A DNA stretch of 64,000 bases, taken from assembly GCF_009914755.1 (NCBI RefSeq), contig NC_060935.1; one strand, given 5' to 3'. The notes under the pieces were generated by a model. The model was not told the origin of the DNA, made no database searches, and saw only the letters and a list, made by a program, of their open reading frames with translations. The position numbers were made by a program, and so were the translations under genes. How positions within the stretch are numbered: position 1 is the first letter of the stretch; each line of letters begins with the position of its first letter. The stretch is from the human T2T-CHM13v2.0 reference genome, Homo sapiens. This document shows positions 28,901 to 44,113 of the stretch, piece by piece.

Positions 28901-31900
28901 GGATATTATTACATTAGTATTGGAAGCGATGGTGTGGATTAGATCAGTGATAGGGCATGGTGTGGATATTATTACATTAGTATTGGAAGCGATGGTGTGG
29001 ACTAGATCAGTGATAGGGCATGGTGTGGATATTATTACATTAGTATTAGAAGCGATGTTGTGGACTAGATCATTGATAGGGCATGGTGTGGATATTATTA
29101 CATTAGTATTGGAAGTGATGGTGTGTATTAGATCAGTGATAGGGCATGCTGTGGATATTATTACATTAGTATTGGAAGCGATGGTGCGGACTAGGTCAGC
29201 GATAGGGCATTGTGTGGATATTATTACATTAGTATTGGAAGCGATGGTGTGGACTAGATCAGTGATAGGGCATGGTGTGGATATTATTACATTAGTATTG
29301 GAAGCGATGGTGTGGATTACATCAGTGTTAGGGCATTGTGTGGATATTATTACATTAGTATTGGAAGCGATGGTGTGGATTAGATCAGTGATAGGGCATG
29401 GTGTGGATATTATTACATTAGTATTGGAAGCGATGTTCTGGACTAGATCAGTGATAGGACATGGTGTGGATATTATTACATTTTTATTGGATGTGATGGT
29501 GTGTATTAGATCAGTGATAGGGCATGGTGTGGATATTATTACATTAGTATTGGAAGCGATGCTGTGGACTAGATCAGTGAAAGGGCATGGTGTGTATATT
29601 ATTACATTAGTATTGGAAGCGATGGTGTGGACTAGATCAGTGATAGGGCATGGTGTGGATATTATTACATTAGTATTGGAAGCGATGGTGTGGACTAATC
29701 AGTGATAGGGCATGGTGTGGATATTATTACATTAGTATTGGAAGCGATGGTGTGGACTAGATCAGTGTTAGGGCATGGTGTTGATATTATTACATTAGTA
29801 TTGGAAGCGATCGTGTGGACTAGATCAGTGATAGGGCATGGTGTGGATATTATTACATTAGTATTGGAAGCGATGGTGTGAACTAGATCAGTGATAGGGC
29901 ATGGTGTGGGTATTATGACATTAGTATTGGAAGCGATGGTGTGGACTAGATCAGTGATAGGGCACGGTGTGGATATTATTACATTAGTATTGGAAGCGAT
30001 GGTGTGGACTAGATCTGTGATAGGGCATGGTGTGGGTATTATGACATTAGTATTGGAAGCGATGGTGTGGACTAGATCTCTGATAGGGCATGGTGTGGGT
30101 ATTATGACATTAGTATTGGAAGCGATGGTGTGGACTAGATCATTGATAGGGCATGGTGTGGATATTATTACATTAGTATTGGAAGCGATGGTGTGGATTA
30201 CATCAGTGTTAGGGCATGGTGTGGATATTATTACATTAGTATTGGAAGCGATGGTGTGGACTAGATCAGTGATAGGGCATGGTGTGGATATTATTACATT
30301 AGTATTGAAAGTGATGGTGTGGACTAGATCAGTGATAGGGCACGGTGTGGATATTATTACATTAGTATTGGAAGCGGTGGTGTGGATTAGATCAGTCATA
30401 GGGCATGGTGTGGATATTATTACATTAGTATTGGAAGCGATGGTGTGGACTAGATCAGTGATAGGGCATGGTGTGGATATTATTACATTAGTATTGGAAG
30501 TGATGGTGTGTAATAGATCAGTGATAGGGCATGGTGTGGATATTATTACATTAGTATTGGAAGCGATGGTGTGGAGTAGATCAGTGATAGGGCATGGTGT
30601 GGATATTATTACATTAGTATTGGAAGCGATGGTGTGGATTAGATCAGTGATAGGGCATGGTGTGGATATTATTACATTAGTATTGGAAGCGATGTTGTCG
30701 ACTAGATCAGTGTTAGGGCATGGTGTTGATATTATTACATTAGTATTGGAAGCGATGGTGTGGACTAGATCAGTGATAGGGCATGGTGTGGATATTATTA
30801 CATTAGTATTGGAAGCGATGGTGTGGACTAGATCAGTGATAGGGCATCGTGTGGATATTATGACATTAGTATTGGAAGCGATGGTGTGGACTAGATCAGT
30901 GATAGGGCATGGTGTGGATATTATTACATTAGTATTGGAAGCGATGGTGTGGACTAGATCAGTGTTAGGGCATGGTGTGGATATTATTACATTAGTATTG
31001 GAAGCGATGGTGTGGATTACATCAGTGTTAGGGCATGGTGTGGATATTATCACATTAGTATTGGAAGCGATGGTGTGGACTAGATCAGTGATAGGGCATG
31101 GTGTGGATATTATTACATTAGTATTGGAAGTGATGGTGTGGACTAGATCAGTGATAGGGCACGGTGTGGATACTATTACATTAGTATTGGAAGCGGTGGT
31201 GTGGATTAGATCAGTGATAGGGCATGGTGTGGATATTATTACATTAGTATTGGAAGCGATGGTGTGGACTAGATCAGTGATAGGGCATGGTGTGGATATT
31301 ATTACATTAGTATTGGAAGTGATGGTGTGTATTAGATCAGTGATAGGGCATGGTGTGGATATTATTACATTAGTATTGGAAGCGATGGTGTGGACTAGAT
31401 CAGTGATAGGGCATGGTGTGGATATTATTACATTAGTATTGGAAGCGATGGTGTGGATTAGATCAGTGATAGGGCATGGTGTGCATATTATTACATTAGT
31501 ATTGGAAGCGATGTTGTCGACTAGATCAGTGATAGGGCATGGTGTGGATATTATTACATTAGTATTGGAAGCGATGGTGTGGATTAGATCAGTGATAGGG
31601 CATGGTGTGGATATTATTACATTAGTATTGGAAGTCATGGTGTGGATTAGATCAGTGATAGGGCATGGTGTGGATATTATTACATTAGTATTGGAAGCGA
31701 TGGTGTGGATTAGATCAGTGATAGGGCATGGTGTGGATATTATTACATTAGTATTGGAAGTGATGGTGTGGACTAGATCATTGATAGGGCATGGTGTGGA
31801 TATTATTACATTAGTATTGGAAGCGATGGTGCGGACTAGATCAGTGATAGGGCATGGTGTGGATATTATTACATTAGTATTGGAAGCGATGGTGCGGACT

Positions 31901-34900
31901 AGATCAGTGATAGGGCATGGTGTGGATATTATTACATTAGTATTGGAAGCGATGGTGTGGACTAGATCAGTGATAGGGCATGGTGTGGATATTATTACAT
32001 TAGTATTGGAAGTGATGGTTTGTATTAGATCAGTGATAGGGCATGGTGTGGATATTATTACATTAGTATGGAAGCGATGGTGTGGACTAGATCAGTGATA
32101 GGGCATGGTGTGGATATTATTACATTAGTATTGGAAGCGATGGTGTGGACTAATCAGTGATAGGGCATGGTGTGGATATTATTACATTAGTATTGGAAGC
32201 GATGGTGTGGACTAGATCAGTGTTAGGGCATGGTGTTGATATTATTACATTAGTATTGGAAGCGATGGTGTGGACTAGATCAGTGATAGGGCATGGTGTG
32301 GATATTATTACATTAGTATTGGAAGCGATGGTGTGGACTAGATCAGTGATAGGGCATGGTGTGGATATTATTACATTAGTATTGGAAGCGATGGTGTGGA
32401 CTAGATCTGTGATAGGGCATGGTGTGGGTATTATGACATTAGTATTGGAAGCGATGGTGTGGACTAGATCATTGATAGGGCATGGTGTGGATATTATTAC
32501 ATTAGTATTGGAAGCGATGGTGTGGACTAGATCAGTGTTAGGGCATGGTGTTGATATTATTACATTAGTATTGGAAGCGATGGTGTGGACTAGATCAGTG
32601 ATAGGGCATGGTGTGGATATTATTACATTAGTATTGGAAGCGATGGTGTGGACTAGATCAGTGATAGGGCATGGTGTGGATATTATTACATTAGTATTGG
32701 AAGCGATGGTGTGGACTAGATCAATGATAGGGCATGGTGTGGGTATTATGACATTAGTATTGGAAGCGATGGTGTGGACTAGATCAGTGATAGGGCACGG
32801 TGTGGATATTATTACATTAGTATTGGAAGCGATGGTGTGGACTAGATCTGTGATAGGGCATGGTGTGGGTATTATGACATTAGTATTGGAAGCGATGGTG
32901 TGGACTAGATCATTGATAGGGCATGGTGTGGATATTATTACATTAGTATTGGAAGCGATGGTGTGGATTACATCAGTGTTAGGGCATGGTGTGGATATTA
33001 TTACATTAGTATTGGAAGCGATGGTGTGGACTAGATCAGTGATAGGGCATGGTGTGGATATTATTACATTAGTATTGAAAGTGATGGTGTGGACTAGATC
33101 AGTGATAGGGCACGGTGTGGATATTATTACATTAGTATTGGAAGCGGTGGTGTGGATTAGATCAGTCATAGGGCATGGTGTGGATATTATTACATTAGTA
33201 TTGGAAGCGATGGTGTGGACTAGATCAGTGATAGGGCATGGTGTGGATATTATTACATTAGTATTGGAAGTGATGGTGTGTATTAGATCAGTGATAGGGC
33301 ATGGTGTGGATATTATTACATTAGTATTGGAAGCGATGGTGTGGAGTAGATCAGTGATAGGGCATGGTGTGGATATTATTACATTAGTATTGGAAGCGAT
33401 GGTGTGGATTAGATCAGTGATAGGGCATGGTGTGGATATTATTACATTAGTATTGGAAGCGATGTTGTCGACTAGATCAGTGTTAGGGCATGGTGTTGAT
33501 ATTATTACATTAGTATTGGAAGCGATGGTGTGGACTAGATCAGTGATAGGGCATCGTGTGGATATTATGACATTAGTATTGGAAGCGATGGTGTGGACTA
33601 GATCAGTGATAGGGCATGGTGTGGATATTATTACATTAGTATTGGAAGCGATGGTGTGGACTAGATCAGTGTTAGGGCATGGTGTGGATATTATTACATT
33701 AGTATTGGAAGCGATGGTGTGGATTACATCAGTGTTAGGGCATGGTGTGGATATTATTACATTAGTATTGGAAGCGATGGTGTGGACTAGATCAGTGATA
33801 GGGCATGGTGTGGATATTATTACATTAGTATTGGAAGTGATGGTGTGGACTAGATCAGTGATAGGGCACGGTGTGGATACTATTACATTAGTATTGGAAG
33901 CGGTGGTGTGGATTAGATCAGTGATAGGGCATGGTGTGGATATTATTACATTAGTATTGGAAGCGATGGGGTGGACTAGATCAGTGATAGGGCATGGTGT
34001 GGATATTATTACATTAGTATTGGAAGTGATGGTGTGTATTAGATCAGTGATAGGGCATGGTGTGGATATTATTACATTAGTATTGGAAGCGATGGTGTGG
34101 ACTAGATCAGTGATAGGGCATGGTGTGGATATTATTACATTAGTATTGGAAGCGATGGTGTGGATTAGATCAGTGATAGGGCATGGTGTGGATATTATTA
34201 CATTAGTATTGGAAGCGATGTTGTCGACTAGATCAGTGATAGGGCATGGTGTGGATATTATTACATTAGTATTGGAAGCGATGGTGTGGATTAGATCAGT
34301 GATAGGGCATGGTGTGGATATTATTACATTAGTATTGGAAGTCATGGTGTGTATTAGATCAGTGATAGGGCATGGTGTGGATATTATTACATTAGTATTG
34401 GAAGCGATGGTGTGGATTAGATCAATGATAGGGCATGGTGTGGATATTATTACATTAGTATTGGAAGCGATGGTGTGGACTAGATCATTGATAGGGCATG
34501 GTGTGGATATTATTACATTAGTATTGGAAGCGATGGTGCGGACTAGATCAGTGATAGGGCATGGTGTGGATATTATTACATTAGTATTGGAAGCGATGTT
34601 GCGGACCAGATCAGTGATAGGGCATGGTGTGGATATTATTACATTAGTATTGGAAGCGATGGTGTGGACTAGATCAGTGATAGGGCATGGTGTGGATATT
34701 ATTACATTAGTATTGGAAGTGATGGTGTGTATTAGATCAGTGATAGGGCATGGTGTGGATATTATTACATTAGTATTGGAAGCGATGGTGTGGACTAGAT
34801 CAGTGATAGGGCATGGTGTGGATATTATTACATTAGTATTGGAAGCGATGTTGTGGATTACATCAGTGTTAGCGCATGGTGTGAATATTATATAGGTGTT

Positions 34901-34965
34901 AGGACACGGTGTGGATATCATAGTAATGTAGAGCACAGTGTGATTATTATATTAGAGGCCACTGT
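19950..34965. repeat. 63-bp tandem satellite/VNTR, ~235 copies (~14.8 kb), with degenerate ~30-bp units at both edges
   Basis: Unit GATGGTGTGGACTAGATCAGTGATAGGGCATGGTGTGGATATTATTACATTAGTATTGGAAGC (63 nt), highly homogeneous from ~20080 to ~34890. Confidence 0.99.
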
Positions 34966-35139
34966 AAGAATATATATTAACAGCCACTGTGTCTTGGACG
35001 TTGACAATGATATTAGGGTGTAGTCCAAACAGTGAGATTTGGGGGTTTTATTTTTCTAGATGAATTTCTTCCTCTGCTGACTACTCTAAAGACTCACTCC
35101 TTGGCACTCAGGGTCGTGGACAGGAGCTTTTTACTCACC

Positions 35140-35330
35140 AATGAAGAACACCAAGTTAACGCGACCCCCGTGCTGCCCTGAGGAAGTCGAAGCTCCTCGC
35201 TGCTTCTGGCACCTCAGCGGGAAGTTGGTTGCGGCGGGATCGCGCGCCCTCTGGTGGCGCCATGGTTCAGCACAGACGCTCTTGCTCACAGTTTCTCGGC
35301 GGATGTGCGCCCCCTCCTGGCTGTCCTGAA
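35140..35330. repeat. Small TAR1/61-bp-repeat-like remnant with CTCF-like motifs
   Basis: CpG-rich patch with GCGCCCTCTGGTGGC (35244-35258), CTCTTGCTCACAGT and GCGCCCCCTCCTGGC, resembling the 61-bp unit at 44430-44970. Confidence 0.55.
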
Positions 35331-35379
35331 ATACCTATAAAATTCAATATTCAGTTTATTCAGTGTCATAATTTTGGAA

Positions 35380-37130
<1,751 letters not shown>

Positions 37131-37139
37131 CTACTATAT

Positions 37140-38165
37140 CTGTAAAAAGAAAAATAACCATGATTTTCCTCTATACTATCAACACTCCACTTTTAACAGC
37201 AAATTGTGGGGGGTGGGGGGTGTTTCCCATACCAACCAATATTCCAACTCTCTGGAAAACAATTGGGTATCCTGTAATTCAACTGTGACACTGATTACCT
37301 GGAGTTAGTATACACCCTACAGGTTAAGGGCTTAGTAACACCAGACTGTCCACAACCTCAGATGCCAATCACAAGTTGTGAATCCCCAGTTTACCCAAAC
37401 TTCTATATGACTTGGCTAGAAACTAGGCATTCCTACAACCCCTCTTCAGGTTTGACAATTTGCTATGATGGCTTATGGAACTAGGAAATACTTACTTATG
37501 TTTACTAGTTATTATGGTCTCAATGTGTGTACACCCCCACCCCAAATTCCTATTTTGAAATGTAATCCCCAAAGGGATGGTATTCAGAGGTAACCGAGAG
37601 GTGATCGGATCATGAGAGTGCTGTCCTCATGAATGAAACCAGTGCCCTTATAAAAGCATCTAGGAGCCCGTTTCCCCATTCTGCCATGTCACGACATGCT
37701 AGAAGGCACTATCTATGATAGATGAGCCCTCACTAGACATCAAATCTGTCAGCCTTGATCTGGAACTTACCAAATTCCATATTTTAGGAATTTTTATGGA
37801 AGCTTCATCATGTAGACATGACGGATTATTAACTCAATTTCCAGTCCCTTCACACCCTCAAAGGATTGCATGTTAAGCTAAAAGTTAGAACCTTCTTATC
37901 ATGGCTTGGTCTTTCTGGTGACCATCCCCATCCTGAAACCATCCAGGAACCCACAGAGTGTCCTTATTAGAACAGAAGCCATTCCTATTATACAGGAGAT
38001 TCCAAGAGATTTAGGAACTCTGCGTCAGGAACCAGGGCCAAAGACCAAATATTAGAACACAAGATGCTCCTAGCACCCCTACTGTTCAGGAAATTATAAT
38101 AGTTTTAGAAGCTCTGTACCAGGAACTGCAGACACAGACCAAACATATATTTCTTATTAAGTCCC
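37140..38165. mobile_element. ERV LTR (MER21-like) interrupted by a MaLR (MST/MLT1A-like) fragment at ~37510-37770
   Basis: Similar to 17650-18975 (CACCCTACAGGTTAAGGGCT, CAGATGCCAATCACAAG, AGACCAAATAT); internal GATCATGAGAGTGCTGTCCTCATGAATG MaLR motif. Confidence 0.5.
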
Positions 38166-39054
38166 AACCTGGAATCTTGATCAAGAATGAATTCCTTGTT
38201 CCCAATGGTACAGGGGATGAAATAAATGGCAGATAGTAGGAGCCAGGTTCCTCACTATTACAGCGAGAAGTTACAGATAAAAAATAGGGAAGCCTAGAAT
38301 GATCTCTGTCATAATGAGTCAGAATATATATATACAACGTAAGTATAAACTCACATTTAGCTTAACATATACATAGATGGTTCCACATAGAAACCTTTAT
38401 AATTAAGTGGGTACATATAAGTTAGAAGACACACATATATTTCTTTGCACTGTCAGCTGTAAGTGTCATGATGCAATGACCACATTTAGTGGCCAGATGT
38501 AAGTTTTTCATACCATTCTCTAACAAAAGAAATCAGGGCTATTAGAAGAAATAGCTGAAACTAGGACTGGGACAGAAAATATATGAGCCAGGGTACTTTT
38601 GAAGTAACAGAAATAAATTATAAAAAAAAAAACATGAAATTATGTAAAAGGAGCCAGTGGAAAGAGCTACCAATGGCCACAGGTATGAACAAAGAGCAAC
38701 AAAATACTGTACAATTAGATAACAACCAAAAGATTAAAGTAACTATCTGTGGACCCATACTGGTATAAATAAATGATTAAACAGATATGCAAATGGACTG
38801 AATAGAAATCTCTTACACAGAAGAATTCCAAATACCTGATATAGACAGCAATCAAGGAGGTGGGGCTAACTCCCCACTCCTTTAAGTATGAGCTCTGCAT
38901 GATGACTTCCTCCAAAAGCATACATACAATATAGACATGGGAAAAAAGTAACTTCACAGTGAAAAACCTGAAAACACTGCCTCAACCAAGTGATAAAAGT
39001 TAACATTAATGGTGATAACACATCTTGAGAGCATGAAGTGACTAGACTAGCACT

Positions 39055-39672
39055 TGCAAACCAAAAATAAAATTCGAAGATCTTTCCCACAACCACCTCT
39101 CCACCAGGGGACACCAAAGTTAACCTGGAAGACTGGTTCAGGCTATGATGGGAAAGAGGTGGTCAGACATGCCTCATTATGCCCTCCTCCCTTTTGGAAT
39201 TCAGGAAAAGCCAATCAGCATTTAACATCAACACAACCTTAAATCTGATAAGAAACATTTACAATCTATTCTCTCTGAAGCCTGCTACCTGGAAGCTTCA
39301 TCTCCATGATAAAACCTTGGCCTCCATAACCCCTTATCATAACCCAGACACTCCTTTCTATCGATAGTAAGTCTTTCAACAAACTGCCAATCAGAAAAAT
39401 TTTAAATGTACCTATAACCTGGAAGCCCCACCCCCCAACCCTAATCCATTGGGTTGTCCCACCTTTCTGGACCGAACCAATATATATCTTAAATACACTT
39501 GATTGATGTCTCCTATCTCCCTAAAATGTATAGAACCAACCTGCACCCCAACGACTTTGGGCACATGTTCTCAGGGTCTCCTGAGGGCTGTGTCAAGGGC
39601 CATGGTCACTCATATTTGGCTCAGAATACATCTCTTCAAATATTTTACAGTCTTTGACTCTTTTTGTGGACA
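39055..39672 (+). mobile_element. ERV1 MER4-group solo LTR
   Basis: TGCAAACCAAAAATAAAATTC start; end GCCATGGTCACTCATATTTGGCTCAGAAT...TCTTCAAATATTTTACAG...GACA. Confidence 0.75.
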
Positions 39673-39994
39673 CACTACACATCTGCTCTGCTTCCCCCAA
39701 ACCCCTAAACCCAGGCTGATTATGAGAAAAACCCCAAGTAAACCACAACGGAGGACATTCTACACAATACCTGACCAATCCTCCTAACACTGTTCCAGGT
39801 CCTCAGAAGTAAAGTCTGAGAGACTGTCACAGCCAAGAAGAGCCTGACATGATGACTAAATGTCCTATGGGATCCTAGATAGGATCCTGGGAGAGAAAAA
39901 GGCAGAACTAAGGGAAACCAAATAAGATGTGAGCTTATTTAATAATATAGTAATATCCAGTCATTAAGTATGACAAGAAATGATGTAAGATGTT

Positions 39995-40344
<350 letters not shown>

Positions 40345-41138
40345 CTAGGTTGCGTCTACATGGGAAATCTGCATTTTCTTCCCAATTTCTGTATGAATCT
40401 AAAACTAATTTAAAATAAAACCTCTATTTAAAAATTGTAATTTTTTCAGATATCTGCTAAATTATTTGTACTAAAAATTAGTAATTGACAGTAACTACTC
40501 CTACTTTTAAAAATAAGAGCATTCATGATACTGCAAAGTAAATTATACAGACTAATATATACTTTCAAAGAAATGCCCCTTTTACATGTTTTATGTTAAG
40601 ATAACATATATGTGTAAACATGGTCATATCATTTTTCTTATGGTGTAGTTCACTCTCTAAGAAAGCTGGTCATCTTAGAACCAGGGAAAAAAATTCACAT
40701 TTTGGAGACTATTTCAATTTACGGCTGGAAGTTTTCAAAGTATGACTTTGTGAAAAAAAAAAAAGTTCAAATTGATTCATTGTGACTGGATCACTTATTC
40801 TAATGAATGCTTGTCTTTATTTTGTTTCCCAGCATTCCTTTCAGCTACGATACAACAGAAGCAAATATTTGCCACTGGAAAAAATATTCAAAGACACTCT
40901 TAGGTTAATCTATAGCTGATGACAGTCAGTCTAGTCTACATAGCAAGCAGCTTCAAGATATGATTACTTAGCTAAGAGGGAAATGGGACGTGACTGCTGC
41001 CTCATTCCCACGCCTCTCTGGACCTGATAATTTAGAGGAAGCTCACATTCGCAAGATAAAAATTTTCTTTTCTTTCTCAGTATTAAATATGCTGTCACAG
41101 TAGAAGAAAGCTTTACTGACTTCTTAAATGATGTGTTG

Positions 41139-41728
41139 AGACCGGAAACCTAAAATGATAGTTACTGAGAATACTGCTAATGCCCTAAGACCGGAACCCT
41201 AAAATGATAGTTACTGAGAATAGTGCTAATGCCCTAACACCGGAACCCTAAAATGATAGTTACTGAGAATAGTGCTAATGCCCTAACACCGGAACCCTAA
41301 AATGATAGTTACTGAGAATACCGCTAATGCCCTAAGACCGGAACCCTAAAATGATAGTTACTGAGAATACTGCTAATGCCCTAAGACCGGAACCCTAAAA
41401 TGATAGTTACTGAGAATAGAGCTAATGCCCTAAGACCGGAACCCTAAAATGATAGTTACTGAGAATACCGCTAATGCCCTAAGACCGGAACCCTAAAATG
41501 ATAGTTACTGAGAATACCGCTAATGCCCTAAGACCGGAACCCTAAAATGATAGTTACTGAGAATACCGCTAATGTCCTAAGACCGGAACCCTAAAATGAT
41601 AGTCACTGAGAATAGTGCTAATGCCCTAAGACCGGAACCCTAAAATGATAGTTACTGAGAATAGTGCTAATGCCCTAAGACCGGAAACCTAAAATGATAG
41701 TTACTGAGAATACCGCTAATGCCCTAAG
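41139..41728. repeat. 49-bp tandem repeat, ~12 copies
   Basis: Unit AGACCGGAACCCTAAAATGATAGTTACTGAGAATACCGCTAATGCCCTA; period checked (GAACCC at 41341 and 41390). Confidence 0.97.
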
Positions 41729-42311
41729 GTTTTAGTCACACCCTCACCTAGGCAGGAACCCAACCAAAAGGGGAGAACTGTGGAACAAACTACGGGAGGT
41801 CATTGTTTCGGTCACCACTCCTGCACTAGGCCACACTGAGCAGGCAAAACCAGAATGGAGACACTCACGCTGAATGACACACAACGAAGCTGAAACTCTA
41901 AGGAAGTAGATAGATCCCAAAAGAGCTCCCTTTTTCCCTGAAGAGATTCCAGTCTACCTGAGTCAGCATAAAGAAGTCCCCTCTGCTTTAATTCTTACCA
42001 AAACAAGTAACTTGAAGTAATCTGATATTAACAAATCAGTTGTTATTTTCTATTGCTCTATTTCCGCCTTACACAACACAGTGTTCTGCTATTGCCCAGA
42101 GGGCACTGAGACCAAATAAAACTTGAAAATGCCACACTGAAAGCAAATAAGTCCTAATAACTCAATTTACAACGACAACAAAGAGTGACACCAATGCCCA
42201 AAGTTTTGATCAATATCTCAAAATTGAGAGGCTGACCAAAAGGGAGGAATTCTTACATCAAACAACATTTGGGCTCTGGAAGCCTCCCGAGGAGTCCTTG
42301 TAAAGAGTCGC

Positions 42312-42639
<328 letters not shown>

Positions 42640-43552
42640 CTAATTTAGTATAGAAACAAACTGAAAATCTGACTTGGGAATGTATCATGGTAACAAATAG
42701 CGGCGGTTCAGCCAATCACATCAGCCGAGTGTCAGTCAATGGCCGGCAGCCAGCTGTTCAAAACAAGTTCCAAGAAGGCAAATCCGGGCTGTAACCAGGT
42801 CTGTAACCAATCCAGCCACCTCTATACCTCACTTCTGTTTTCTGTATGTCACTTTTTTTCTCTGGCTATAAATATAACCCGCACATGTTGTGTGGCAGAT
42901 CATTCTGAACCATTTTTGGTCTGGACTGCTGCCTGATTCTAGAACCACAAAAAAAAAGCCAATTAAGATCTGCAAACCCACATTTGTTGTAATTCTGTAT
43001 TTTAACAGTTGTGCCCTACAAAAGACATTAAGCTGAAATTAATTAAAAATCATTTACGGTCATGATTAGGTCATAAAAAATTGTCAAACATAACAATTCT
43101 TCAAAAAAAGCTAAAAAGTATATTTTAAAAATATTGTTGATGGAAAAAAGAGTGCAAAAGTAGATAGGAAAATTATGTACAAAACTAAAAACAGAGGAGA
43201 AATTAAAAGTCAAATAATTGCATCAAACTGGAAACCTAGAAAAAATGGGTGATTTCCTAGTAAAAATACACATTAACAAAATGGGCCCTGAAATAAGGCA
43301 ACTATGAATATACCAATTAGCATAGAAAAGCTAAGAAAGGTCCTTAAAGATCTCCCAGTGGAAAAAGGCCCCAGGACCATCTGGGTCCATAGCTTAGTGT
43401 AAGCTGACTTAACTAAATGTGATTTTACACTCGTGCATTGCATACATATGATGGTGGTCCCATGAGATAAAAATGGAGCTGAAAAATTCCTTCCTAGCCA
43501 TCTTGTCATAAGCTCATGGCTCAACGCATTACCTTTTCTCTGTTCTGATACC

Positions 43553-44113
43553 ATGAAAGGAAAATAAATCTCAGGACCCCCAAATCACTAAGCCAAGGGA
43601 AAAGTCAAGCTGGGAGCTATGTCAGGCAAACCTGCCCTCATTCTATTCCTAACTAAGATAGCTACAAAGATAAAAAGCTACATACCTCACTCACAATTTG
43701 CCCACAAAGAATTTCCTTTTGGACAAAGGACAGACAGCACTCAAAGTCATCCCTCACCTGAGACAGATGCATATCTGATTGCTTCCTCTGCCCTATTATT
43801 TATGTAAAAATGCAGATTCATTGAGCCAGACTAAATTGTGTATTCAGTGGAAGGCTGATGAAGGATTCAAAAGAATGCAACCTTTTGTCTCTAACCTACT
43901 TCTGACCTGGAAGCACCCCCACTTCCTGCTTCCAGTTGTCCCGCCTTACTGGGCCAAATGACTGTACATCTTACACGTCTCATGTATCCCTAAAATGTAC
44001 AAAAGCAAGCTCTACCCTGGCCACCTTGGACACACGTCGTCAGGACCTCCTGAGGCTGTGTCATGGTCGTGTCCTTAATCTTGGCAAAATAAGCTTTCTA
44101 AATTGACAGAGAC
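43553..44113 (+). mobile_element. ERV1 MER4A-like LTR, 3'-truncated
   Basis: TGAAAGGAAAATAAATCTCAGGACCCCCAAATCACTAAGCCAAGGGAAAAGTCAAGCTGGGA start; ...TCAGGACCTCCTGAGGCTGTGTCATGG...CTTGGCAAAATAAGCTTTCTAAATTGA, then an abrupt switch to GC-rich repeat. Confidence 0.78.

Noticed and set aside
20080-34890. CRISPR-like array
   Set aside because: There are no unique spacers: the units are contiguous near-identical monomers, the context is eukaryotic and there are no cas genes.
19985-34936. Giant ORFs (2520, 2229, 928, 912, 735, 647 and 546 aa) as real protein-coding genes
   Set aside because: They consist entirely of a 21-codon tandem unit, with no unique N- or C-terminus, signal peptide or evident promoter/splice structure. 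They overlap antisense and are broken by duplicated frameshifts. Kept only as a hypothesis in the findings.
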